A stretch of 35,840 nucleotides of DNA, taken from the NCBI GenBank assembly GCA_903886165.1, contig CAISLL010000168.1:1-35840 (forward strand). The letters are read 5' to 3'. The position numbers were made by a program, and so were the translations under genes. Under the pieces are notes generated by a model that was not told the origin of the DNA, did not search any database, and saw only the letters and a program-made list of their open reading frames with translations. The DNA comes from an uncultured beta proteobacterium. GTDB lineage: Bacteria; Pseudomonadota; Gammaproteobacteria; Burkholderiales; Burkholderiaceae_C. Shown here one piece after another: positions 28,511-35,840 of this stretch (position 1 is its first letter; each line of letters begins with the position of its first letter).

Positions 28511-29050
28511 TCAATCGGATGCAGCTTCCAGCGGCGGATAACTCACAGGCAAGGGTGGCAGCGCTCTGGATTCGACCGGTTTGACGACAGCCGTGGCCTT
28601 CAGCGCGTCTTCAGTCATTTCAAGCACCGGCACTTTCCCGGTTGGGCGGCCAGAGTCCAGCGACGCCACAAATTCGGCCTCGGTCGGCAAGGCATCAGCC
28701 TGTACCTTGGACAACACGTCGCCCTTGAAAAACACCGTGATACGGCGCGCCTGTGGGGTGACTCCCTGGCGCTTGAAGGTGAACACATAGTCCCAGCGGT
28801 CCGCGTGGAAAATGCTGGTCAGCAAGGGTGTGCCCAAGATGTCGCGCACCTGGTTGCGGCTCATGCCCTCCTTGAGGGCTGCGGCCTGTTCACTCGACAC
28901 AAAATTGCCCTGAACAATGTCGATCTTGTAGGGCATGATCACGTTCGCCAGACGGTTGCTTGCACTGTCAACGCTGCTGCAGCCTGACAATGTGACAAAG
29001 AGTGCGCCAAGCGAACCCAGACAGACACAACGAGCAAGAGAATCAAACAT
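28511..29050 (-). CDS. bamE: Outer membrane assembly lipoprotein BamE (OmlA/SmpA)
   Basis: Lipobox LSG/C, QGN, GMSRNQV..ILGTP, RWDYVF; divergent from fur. Confidence 0.94.
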   Translation of the reverse strand: MFDSLARCVCLGSLGALFVTLSGCSSVDSASNRLANVIMPYKIDIVQGNFVSSEQAAALKEGMSRNQVRDILGTPLLTSIFHADRWDYVFTFKRQGVTPQARRITVFFKGDVLSKVQADALPTEAEFVASLDSGRPTGKVPVLEMTEDALKATAVVKPVESRALPPLPVSYPPLEAASD

Positions 29051-29144
29051 GGGCAAACCAAGTGACAATAAGAGCAGAACATTGTACTGGCAGCCTCATG
29101 TAGGTTTGCCGACACAACACCCGATCGAACACCTTGAGTCCGAC

Positions 29145-29579
29145 ATGACCAAAAGCGACGAACTTAAAAGCACAGGGCTCAAAGCGACCGTGCCGAGGCT
29201 GAAAATTCTGGAAATTTTTCAGAATGGCCAGCAACGCCACATGACAGCCGAAGACGTGTTTCGCGTGCTGCTACGGGAACGCTCCGATGTCGGCCTGGCC
29301 ACGGTGTACCGGGTACTGGCGCAGTTTGAGCAGGCGGATATTCTGGTGCGCAGCCATTTTGAAAGTGGAAAAGCCGTCTATGAATTGAACGAAGGCCAGC
29401 ACCATGACCATCTGGTGTGTCTGGATTGCGGCCGCGTGGAAGAGTTTTTCGATGCCGGGATTGAGCAGCGCCAGCACGCTGTGGCCAAAGCCAAGGGTTT
29501 TGACATTGCAGACCACGCACTCAGTCTCTACGCCCACTGTACGCGAGAGGCCTGCCCGCACCGTGTGGTCGCGGATTAA
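29145..29579 (+). CDS. fur: Ferric uptake regulator
   Basis: [36 protein letters not shown]. Confidence 0.96.
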   Translation: MTKSDELKSTGLKATVPRLKILEIFQNGQQRHMTAEDVFRVLLRERSDVGLATVYRVLAQFEQADILVRSHFESGKAVYELNEGQHHDHLVCLDCGRVEEFFDAGIEQRQHAVAKAKGFDIADHALSLYAHCTREACPHRVVAD

Positions 29580-30529
29580 GTGCCTGACTCGCTCATCGCC
29601 TTGCGATGGCGTTCGACAAACTCCTTGTAGGTATCGACGCCACGAATCTGAAGAATGGTGTTGCGCACGGCGGCCTCCACCAGCACCGCGAGGTTGCGGC
29701 CCGCGACCACCTGAATCACTACCTTGCGCACGGGCACGTCCAGCACATCCTGCATCAGCGGCTCATAAGGGATGCGTTCATATTCACGCTCCATCGTCTC
29801 ACGGCGTACCAAGTGCACGATCAGCTGCAGGGCCTTTTTTCGGCGCACTGCGGTTTCGCCGAAAATGCACCGAATGTCGAGCAACCCGATGCCGCGGACT
29901 TCCAGCAAATTCCGCAACAAATCCGGACAACGACCCTCAATCGTGTCCTGATTGATGCGGTACAGATCGACCGCATCGTCCGCGACCAACCCATTGCCGC
30001 GTGAAATCAGTTCCAGACCGAGTTCGCTTTTGCCCAGACCGGATTCACCGGTGATCAGCACACCCAGACCCAAAATATCCATGAACACACCATGCATGGT
30101 GATGCGGTCGGCGAAGTGCCTTGACAGGTAAGCGCGCAGCACATCAATCACAAAGGCAGATGAGCTTTCAGTGGCAAACATCGGGATCTGTGCACGCTCA
30201 CAGATCGACAACAAGGCATCTGGCGCCGTCTGACCATCGGCGAGCACCAGAACCGGCGGCTCCAGCGTGACGATACGAGCAATCCGCCGAACACAGTCTT
30301 CAGGGGTGGCATTGGTGAGGTACGCGACCTCACGCTTGCCCAGAATTTGTACGCGGTATGGGTGAATGTAATTGAGGTAACCCACCAGATCCGCGCCAGA
30401 ACGGGCGGCACGCACCGCGACCTCGTCAAAGCGTCGCTCGGAGGCGCCAAGCCCGGCGATCCACTCCCAGCGCAGATTGCCCCGGAAGGATTCAAACATC
30501 ACATCCGCGCTGATGACATTGGGCTTCAA
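29576..30529 (-). CDS. hprK: HPr kinase/phosphorylase
   Basis: [31 protein letters not shown]. Confidence 0.96.
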   Translation of the reverse strand: MKPNVISADVMFESFRGNLRWEWIAGLGASERRFDEVAVRAARSGADLVGYLNYIHPYRVQILGKREVAYLTNATPEDCVRRIARIVTLEPPVLVLADGQTAPDALLSICERAQIPMFATESSSAFVIDVLRAYLSRHFADRITMHGVFMDILGLGVLITGESGLGKSELGLELISRGNGLVADDAVDLYRINQDTIEGRCPDLLRNLLEVRGIGLLDIRCIFGETAVRRKKALQLIVHLVRRETMEREYERIPYEPLMQDVLDVPVRKVVIQVVAGRNLAVLVEAAVRNTILQIRGVDTYKEFVERHRKAMSESGT

Positions 30530-30567
30530 CGAGCAGGCTCCAGCCAGAAACGTTCAGTGAAAGCGAC

Positions 30568-31035
30568 TCAAGCCACTTGGGCCGACTGCCAATTGGCAAT
30601 CAACTGGTACAAGGCATTTGCGTCGGTGCTTTCCGTCAACTTGCCGCGCAAATCGACGTCACTCAGCATCTCGGCAATTTCTGAAAGAATTTCAAGGTGC
30701 TTTTGGGTCGCAGCTTCCGGCACCAGCAAAAAAATCATCAAGCCAACCGGCAATTCGTCAGGCGCTTCAAAAGCAATGGGGCGAGCCAACTGAAACACCG
30801 CAGCCATCGGGGACTTCAGCCCCTTGATACGCCCGTGCGGAATAGCCACACCGTGGCCCAAGCCAGTTGACCCCAGGCGCTCGCGGGAAAACAGACTGTC
30901 CGTGACCAGCGCTCGGCTGAGCCCGTGCAAGCTCTCGAACAGCAAACCTGCCTCTTCAAAAGCTCTCTTCTTGCTTGAGACATCGACCTGCACAAGCACC
31001 TGTGCAGCGGAAAGAATGGACGCGAGTCGGTTCAT
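30568..31035 (-). CDS. ptsN: PTS EIIA-Ntr
   Basis: RERLGSTGLGHGVAIPH phosphorylation motif. Confidence 0.94.
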   Translation of the reverse strand: MNRLASILSAAQVLVQVDVSSKKRAFEEAGLLFESLHGLSRALVTDSLFSRERLGSTGLGHGVAIPHGRIKGLKSPMAAVFQLARPIAFEAPDELPVGLMIFLLVPEAATQKHLEILSEIAEMLSDVDLRGKLTESTDANALYQLIANWQSAQVA

Positions 31036-31072
31036 AAGTCTATTGAATGATGCGCTCTGAAAATCCGGGCGC

Positions 31073-31102
31073 AAAAAAAAGCCGCTCGCACCAGCAGGCG
31101 GC
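31073..31102 (-). terminator. Intrinsic terminator after hpf
   Basis: Minus strand GCCGCCTGC-TGGT-GCGAGCGGC followed by T8, 15 nt after the hpf stop. Confidence 0.75.
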
Positions 31103-31117
31103 CTCCCGTAGTTTAAA

Positions 31118-31447
31118 TTACATCAGGCGCTTGGGCGCCGCATGATGGTGCGATTGCAGACGATCCTTGTGGCGAACCACCTGTCGGTCAAGTTTGTCCA
31201 CCAATTCATCTACCGCTGCATACAGGTCAGTGTGGGCACATTCGGCAAAGAGCTCAATCCCCTTGATGTGAATATTGCATTCAGCCTTCTGCCGCCGTTC
31301 TTTTTCCTTGAGATTCTCCAGCGTCAACAACACCCTCACATCCACCACTTGGTCAAAGTGCCGTTTGATTCGATCCAGCTTGGTGGTCACGTAACTGCGC
31401 AAGGCCGGGGTAATTTCCAGATGGTGACCACTGATCGTCAGGTTCAT
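31118..31447 (-). CDS. hpf: Ribosome hibernation promoting factor (HPF/YfiA)
   Basis: [29 protein letters not shown]; GGAGG upstream. Confidence 0.95.
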   Translation of the reverse strand: MNLTISGHHLEITPALRSYVTTKLDRIKRHFDQVVDVRVLLTLENLKEKERRQKAECNIHIKGIELFAECAHTDLYAAVDELVDKLDRQVVRHKDRLQSHHHAAPKRLM

Positions 31448-31646
31448 AAAAAGCCTCCTAAAGCTCTCGTGATGAAATGGTTGCCAACCCATCGTCGGCA
31501 ACCGCCAAAAAACGGGACATACCTTACTCGGGTTCACTATGCCCCGGCCAAGCGGTTATTGCAACGGTTTTCAGTGTTGCGTTGCAGCATTGCGGCATAA
31601 GCGCCCGGATTCCAGCATTTACACCGGAAGCTTGCGCAACTTGCGA

Positions 31647-31798
31647 TGCGATAATCTGCCCAATCAACAAAAGGACAAAACACCTTGGAAACCTGCCCCA
31701 GTCGGTAGCTTTCAACTCCCAATATTGCATCCCGGGGTTGAAAGCCAACCACCACGCCCCCCGTCATCCGATGCCAAACCTCAATTGGGAGTGAGCAC
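31647..31798 (+). promoter_or_regulatory. corA promoter and structured 5' leader with a candidate uORF
   Basis: TGCGATAAT extended -10-like at 31647-31655; uORF TTG..TAG at 31685-31708; 12-bp hairpin 31708-31745; 9-nt anti-SD (31715-31723) complementary to 31784-31792. Confidence 0.6.
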
Positions 31799-32785
31799 AT
31801 GCTCAACATCTTTACCCTCGCCAACGGCCGCCTGTTCCAGGAAGAAATTGAATCGCTGGAAGAGCTCTCACGCTTTCAGCCGATCTGGGTCGACCTGGAG
31901 TCGCCCACATTGGAAGAAAAGCGCTGGATCAAACAATACTACGGCTTGTCAATCCCGGAAGACGTGATGGACGAGGACATTGAGGAATCGGCCCGTTTCT
32001 ACAAGGAAGACAACGGCGAGTTGCACATCCGCAGTGACTTTCTGGTCGCTGACGATCACGAACCACACACCGTTCGCGTGGCGTTCATCCTGAACCTGGA
32101 AAACGACGAGCTAAAGAGCAAGGGCGTGCTGTTTTCCATTCACGACGAAGACGTGCCGGTGTTCCGATTGCTGCGGATGCGTGCACGCCGTGCGCCGGGC
32201 CTGATTGAAGATGCCAAGGAAGTGCTGCTCAAGCTGTTCGACGCCGATGCCGAGTACTCCGCCGACACGCTGGAAGAGATTTATGACGAACTGGAAAAAG
32301 TCAGCGCCAAGGTCTTGTCAGGTGATGTGACCGACGCCATGGCTGGCGAAGTGCTGGGCGCTATTGCCAGGCACGAAGACATGAGTGGTCGCATTCGGCG
32401 CAATGTGATGGACACCCGCCGTGCCGTGAGCTTCATGATGCGCAGCAAGATGCTCAACGGCGAGCAGTTTGACGATGCGCGCCAGATTTTGCGCGACATG
32501 GACTCGCTTGACTCGCACACCGCGTTCCTGTTTGAGAAAATCAACTTCCTGATGGACGCGACGGTGGGTTTCATCAACATCAACCAGAACAAGATCATCA
32601 AGATTTTCTCGGTGGCAAGCGTGGCGCTGCTGCCACCCACCCTGATCGCCAGCATTTACGGCATGAACTTCAAGTTCATGCCAGAGCTGGACTGGCAAGC
32701 AGGTTACCCGTTGGCACTCGGCTTGATGCTGGCCAGCGCTCTGGTTCCCATGTGGTATTTCAGAAAACGTGGCTGGTTAAAATAA
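31799..32785 (+). CDS. corA: Magnesium/cobalt transporter CorA
   Basis: IWVDL, DIEESARF, PPTLIASIYGMNF..MPEL signature. Confidence 0.97.
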   Translation: MLNIFTLANGRLFQEEIESLEELSRFQPIWVDLESPTLEEKRWIKQYYGLSIPEDVMDEDIEESARFYKEDNGELHIRSDFLVADDHEPHTVRVAFILNLENDELKSKGVLFSIHDEDVPVFRLLRMRARRAPGLIEDAKEVLLKLFDADAEYSADTLEEIYDELEKVSAKVLSGDVTDAMAGEVLGAIARHEDMSGRIRRNVMDTRRAVSFMMRSKMLNGEQFDDARQILRDMDSLDSHTAFLFEKINFLMDATVGFININQNKIIKIFSVASVALLPPTLIASIYGMNFKFMPELDWQAGYPLALGLMLASALVPMWYFRKRGWLK

Positions 32786-32837
32786 ATATAACTACAAAGC
32801 TTTTAAAAAAAGAGTTATTTGCTATATTTATGATAGT
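32786..32837 (-). repeat. Degenerate copy of the dispersed palindromic element over the mtnN stop and the corA-mtnN gap
   Basis: Minus strand ACTATCATAAATATAGC AAATAACTC TTTTTTTAAAAGCTTTG; 27 of 43 positions identical to the thiL copy without gaps (hand count; AT-rich, so partly compositional). Confidence 0.5.
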
Positions 32838-33580
32838 GTTTTAACGAACTGACTGACAATCGCCAGGGCGTACGGACTGGCCACCTGGGTGACAAACCCT
32901 GAGAAATCCATGTGCGCAGCGTCATCCGCGCGGTCCGAGATGGTTCGCACAGCGGCAAACGGTACACCATAATCACGACACACCTGGGCGACCGCTGCGC
33001 CTTCCATTTCAACCGCCAGCGCGTCATGACCCGCCGAGCGCAAACCGTCCAGCACCTGGGTCACCTCTTGCGCGCTGGCAAGAAATTTGTCACCACTGGC
33101 AATCAGCCCGCTGTGCACGTTTGGCGGACTCAGCGGGGTTTCACGATGGAAATGACTTCCAACCCCTGCCAGTCCATTGCGGGATGCTTCCAAAAGAAGA
33201 GCGGTCAGAGTGACATCACAGGCCATCGTGGCGCATCCATACAGCGGGATTTCATAACGGGCAAAAAGCGGGCTTGAGTCCATGTCATGCTGAATGAAAG
33301 CGTCTGCCACCACCACATCACCCACCTTGACCCCCGCCCCCACACCCCCTGCGACACCCGTGAAGACCACACGGTCAACGCCAAAAGCCTCAATCAGCGT
33401 GGTGGTGGTGGTTGCCGCAGCCACCTTGCCGACCTTGGTCAGCACCAGCACGACTTCATGGCCGCACCACTGGCCGCACCAGAACGTGCGCCCCGCGCGC
33501 TTCACACGCTGTGGGTTGCCAAGTTGTTCCAGCAAGCCCCGCTGCTCGTCGAGCAGGGCACTCATGATGGCCAGCGTCAC
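32828..33580 (-). CDS. mtnN: 5'-methylthioadenosine/S-adenosylhomocysteine nucleosidase
   Basis: VGKVAAA, FTGVAGG, SGDKF, VEMEGAAVAQVC, RTISDRAD. Confidence 0.94.
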   Translation of the reverse strand: MTLAIMSALLDEQRGLLEQLGNPQRVKRAGRTFWCGQWCGHEVVLVLTKVGKVAAATTTTTLIEAFGVDRVVFTGVAGGVGAGVKVGDVVVADAFIQHDMDSSPLFARYEIPLYGCATMACDVTLTALLLEASRNGLAGVGSHFHRETPLSPPNVHSGLIASGDKFLASAQEVTQVLDGLRSAGHDALAVEMEGAAVAQVCRDYGVPFAAVRTISDRADDAAHMDFSGFVTQVASPYALAIVSQFVKTLS

Positions 33581-33601
33581 GTCTGCTTCCTCGGGCTTTT
33601 C

Positions 33602-35275
33602 TTACTTGTTGCGCAATTCGCGGCGCAAAATTTTGCCCACCGGTGTTTTCGGCAGTTCTGTGCGGAACTCGACCACTTTGGGTTGCTTGTAACCGGTCAG
33701 ATTTTCACGGCAGTAGGCACGCACCTGCGCCTCGGTGATCTCGGGGTTCTTGCGCACAATCACCAGTTTGACGGCTTCGCCCGATTTTTCGTCGGGCACG
33801 CCGACGCAGGCACATTCCATGATGCCATCCATCTGCGACACCACATCTTCCAGTTCCGTCGGAAACACATTGAACCCATTGACCAGGATCATGTCTTTCT
33901 TGCGGTCCACGATTTTGAAGTACCCACGCTCGTCCATCACGCCGATGTCGCCGGATTTGAAATAACCGTCTGGCGTCATGACCTTGGCAGTTTCATCCGG
34001 GCGCTGCCAATAACCCGCCATGACCTGCGGGCCCTGGATGGCGATCTCACCCGACTGGCCTTGCGCCACCTCATTGCCGTCATCGTCCAGCAACTTGATC
34101 CGGGTGCCGGGAAACGGCACCCCAATGGAACCTGAATATTCGCTCACTGTCACCGGGTTGGAGGTGGCAATGGGCGAGGTTTCACTCAGGCCATAACCTT
34201 CACAGATCGGACATCCGGTTTTTTCCAGCCACAGCTTGGCCACCGCACTTTGCACCGCTGTGCCACCACCGGCCGACACCACCAGGCTGCGCCAATTGAC
34301 TTTGTTGAAATCTGGGTGATTGGCCAGCCCATTGAACAAGGTGTTCACCGCCGGAAAGACGTGGATTTTGTGCTTGGCCAGCTCAGTCAGAACCGCCGGC
34401 AAGTCGCGTGGATTGGGAATCAGGATCAACTTTCCACCGATACGCATCGACAGCATCATGCCGACCGTGAACGCGAAGATGTGATACAGCGGCAGCGCAC
34501 ACACCTCCACCATTTGCTCACCCTCAGGAATCTTGCCCAAGGCCGGCTGAAACCAGGCATCGGACTGCAACAGGTTAGCCACAAGGTTACGCTGCAGCAG
34601 CACAGCCCCTTTGGAGACGCCGGTGGTGCCACCGGTGTACTGCAGCACTGCCACATCGTCGGGCTTGAGGGTAACTTTTTTCAGGGTGCCGCTGGTCGCT
34701 TTCGCAATGGCCGCATTAAAACGCACCGCGTTTGGCAGGTTGAAATCGGGCACCATTTTCTTGACGTTGCGCACCACATAATTCACCAGCGCCCCCTTGA
34801 GCAAGCCCAACTGATCACCCATGGCGCACAACACCACGTGCTTGACCGGCGTTGACGCGATGCACTTCTCCAGCGTGGCAGCAAAATTTTCCAGAATCAC
34901 AATGGCTTTGGCGCCTGAATCCTTCAGCTGATGCTCCAGTTCACGGGCGGTGTAAAGCGGGTTCACGTTGACCAGGGTGTAACCCGCGCGCATGATGCCG
35001 GCCACCGCAATCGGATACTGCAGCACGTTGGGCATCATCACGGCCACCCGGTCGCCTTTGGCCAGCCCGAGGCTTTGCAGGTACACACCAAAGGTCCGAC
35101 TCAGTTCGTCCACCTGCTTGTAACTGAGCTCCTTGCCCATAAAGCTGTACGCGCTGCGACTGGCAAACTTCTGGAAGGACTCCTCCATCATGTCGAGCAT
35201 CGACGCATAACGGGTGATGTCAATGTCAGCGGGAACACCTTCAGGGTAGCTACTCAGCCAGATTCGGTCAGTCAT
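33602..35275 (-). CDS. fadD: Long-chain fatty acid--CoA ligase (FadD-like)
   Basis: LQYTGGTTGVSKG, LPLYHIFA, EGYGLSET, SGDIG, DRKKDMI, LPKTPVGK. ATG 35275 has a GGAG SD. Confidence 0.9.
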   Translation of the reverse strand: MTDRIWLSSYPEGVPADIDITRYASMLDMMEESFQKFASRSAYSFMGKELSYKQVDELSRTFGVYLQSLGLAKGDRVAVMMPNVLQYPIAVAGIMRAGYTLVNVNPLYTARELEHQLKDSGAKAIVILENFAATLEKCIASTPVKHVVLCAMGDQLGLLKGALVNYVVRNVKKMVPDFNLPNAVRFNAAIAKATSGTLKKVTLKPDDVAVLQYTGGTTGVSKGAVLLQRNLVANLLQSDAWFQPALGKIPEGEQMVEVCALPLYHIFAFTVGMMLSMRIGGKLILIPNPRDLPAVLTELAKHKIHVFPAVNTLFNGLANHPDFNKVNWRSLVVSAGGGTAVQSAVAKLWLEKTGCPICEGYGLSETSPIATSNPVTVSEYSGSIGVPFPGTRIKLLDDDGNEVAQGQSGEIAIQGPQVMAGYWQRPDETAKVMTPDGYFKSGDIGVMDERGYFKIVDRKKDMILVNGFNVFPTELEDVVSQMDGIMECACVGVPDEKSGEAVKLVIVRKNPEITEAQVRAYCRENLTGYKQPKVVEFRTELPKTPVGKILRRELRNK

Positions 35276-35400
35276 GCTCAACGCTCCAGGTTTTTTTATT
35301 GAAAGGTCGATTCTCACCGAGTTGTCAGTTTCTGTAAGCTGTGTTTTCCCTAATTGGTCGAGACACTCCATTGGGACAGCGTCGACCGGCACTCGGATCG

Positions 35401-35429
35401 AAAAAAAAGGCCCGACGGGCCTCTTTTTT
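35401..35429. terminator. Intrinsic terminator after pntB (potentially bidirectional)
   Basis: A-run, AGGCCC-GAC-GGGCCT stem-loop, then CTTTTTT; T8 follows the stem on the minus strand. Confidence 0.85.
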
Positions 35430-35441
35430 GGCAACCACAGA

Positions 35442-35840
35442 TCAAGCCTTCAACGCCGTCAACACCTCGTCGAGCATCTTCTTGGCATCACCAAACAACA
35501 TGCGGTTGTTTTCCTTGTAGAACAAGGGGTTGTCCACGCCGGCATAACCAGAGGCCATGCTGCGCTTCATCACGATCGAGGTCTTGGCCTTCCAGACTTC
35601 CAGCACCGGCATGCCGGCAATCGGGCTGCCCGGGTCATCCTGGGCACTCGGGTTGACGATGTCATTGGCACCAATCACCATGGTGACATCGGTGGCCGGG
35701 AAATCATCGTTGAGCTCATCCATTTCAAACACAATGTCATACGGCACCTTGGCCTCGGCCAGCAACACATTCATGTGGCCCGGCATGCGCCCGGCTACTG
35801 GATGGATGCCAAAACGCACATTGACACCTTTTTCACGCAG
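35442..35840 (-). CDS. pntB: NAD(P) transhydrogenase beta subunit, C-terminal fragment (domain III)
   Basis: [51 protein letters not shown]; the 5' part lies beyond the window. Confidence 0.96.
   Translation of the reverse strand: MREKGVNVRFGIHPVAGRMPGHMNVLLAEAKVPYDIVFEMDELNDDFPATDVTMVIGANDIVNPSAQDDPGSPIAGMPVLEVWKAKTSIVMKRSMASGYAGVDNPLFYKENNRMLFGDAKKMLDEVLTALKA

Noticed and set aside
14169-35434. N-terminal extensions in the ORF track for gspK (15560), gspG (17224), fur (28935), hpf (31537) and fadD (35434)
   Set aside because: They overlap neighbouring genes, promoter regions or terminators; downstream ATGs with SD motifs, stop-start overlaps or family-typical N-termini fit better.

Overview
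Core-genome segment of a GC-rich betaproteobacterium. Gene content and order suggest Burkholderiales/Comamonadaceae (inference, no search run). Left to right it holds a flagellar block (5' part of fliK, fliJIHGF on the minus strand, divergent fliE), a type II secretion cluster (gspGHIJKLMNDEF on minus, divergent gspC-like gene), and apaG, a Gcr/'SpecificRecomb'-family membrane protein and thiL. These are followed by a triple zinc-ribbon protein gene, the bamE-dapB-exbB-exbD-leuS-lptE-holA run, fur, hpf-ptsN-hprK, corA, mtnN, a long-chain acyl-CoA ligase and the 3' end of pntB. I saw no tRNA, rRNA, CRISPR array, transposase or prophage gene. The most interesting signals lie inside or between ordinary genes: (1) a dispersed ~50-60 bp AT-rich palindromic element with fixed internal spacing inside thiL, leuS, gspD and gspL and over the mtnN stop; (2) a separate REP/BIME-like palindrome array translated inside the GspE zinc loop; (3) a corA leader with a uORF and two mutually exclusive folds, one of which sequesters the RBS; (4) a long Ala/Thr microsatellite in the hook-length ruler FliK; (5) a 'recombinase' whose sequence looks like an FNT/aquaporin-topology channel. 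Gene calls come from recognising motifs in the translations, and start codons are my best choices.
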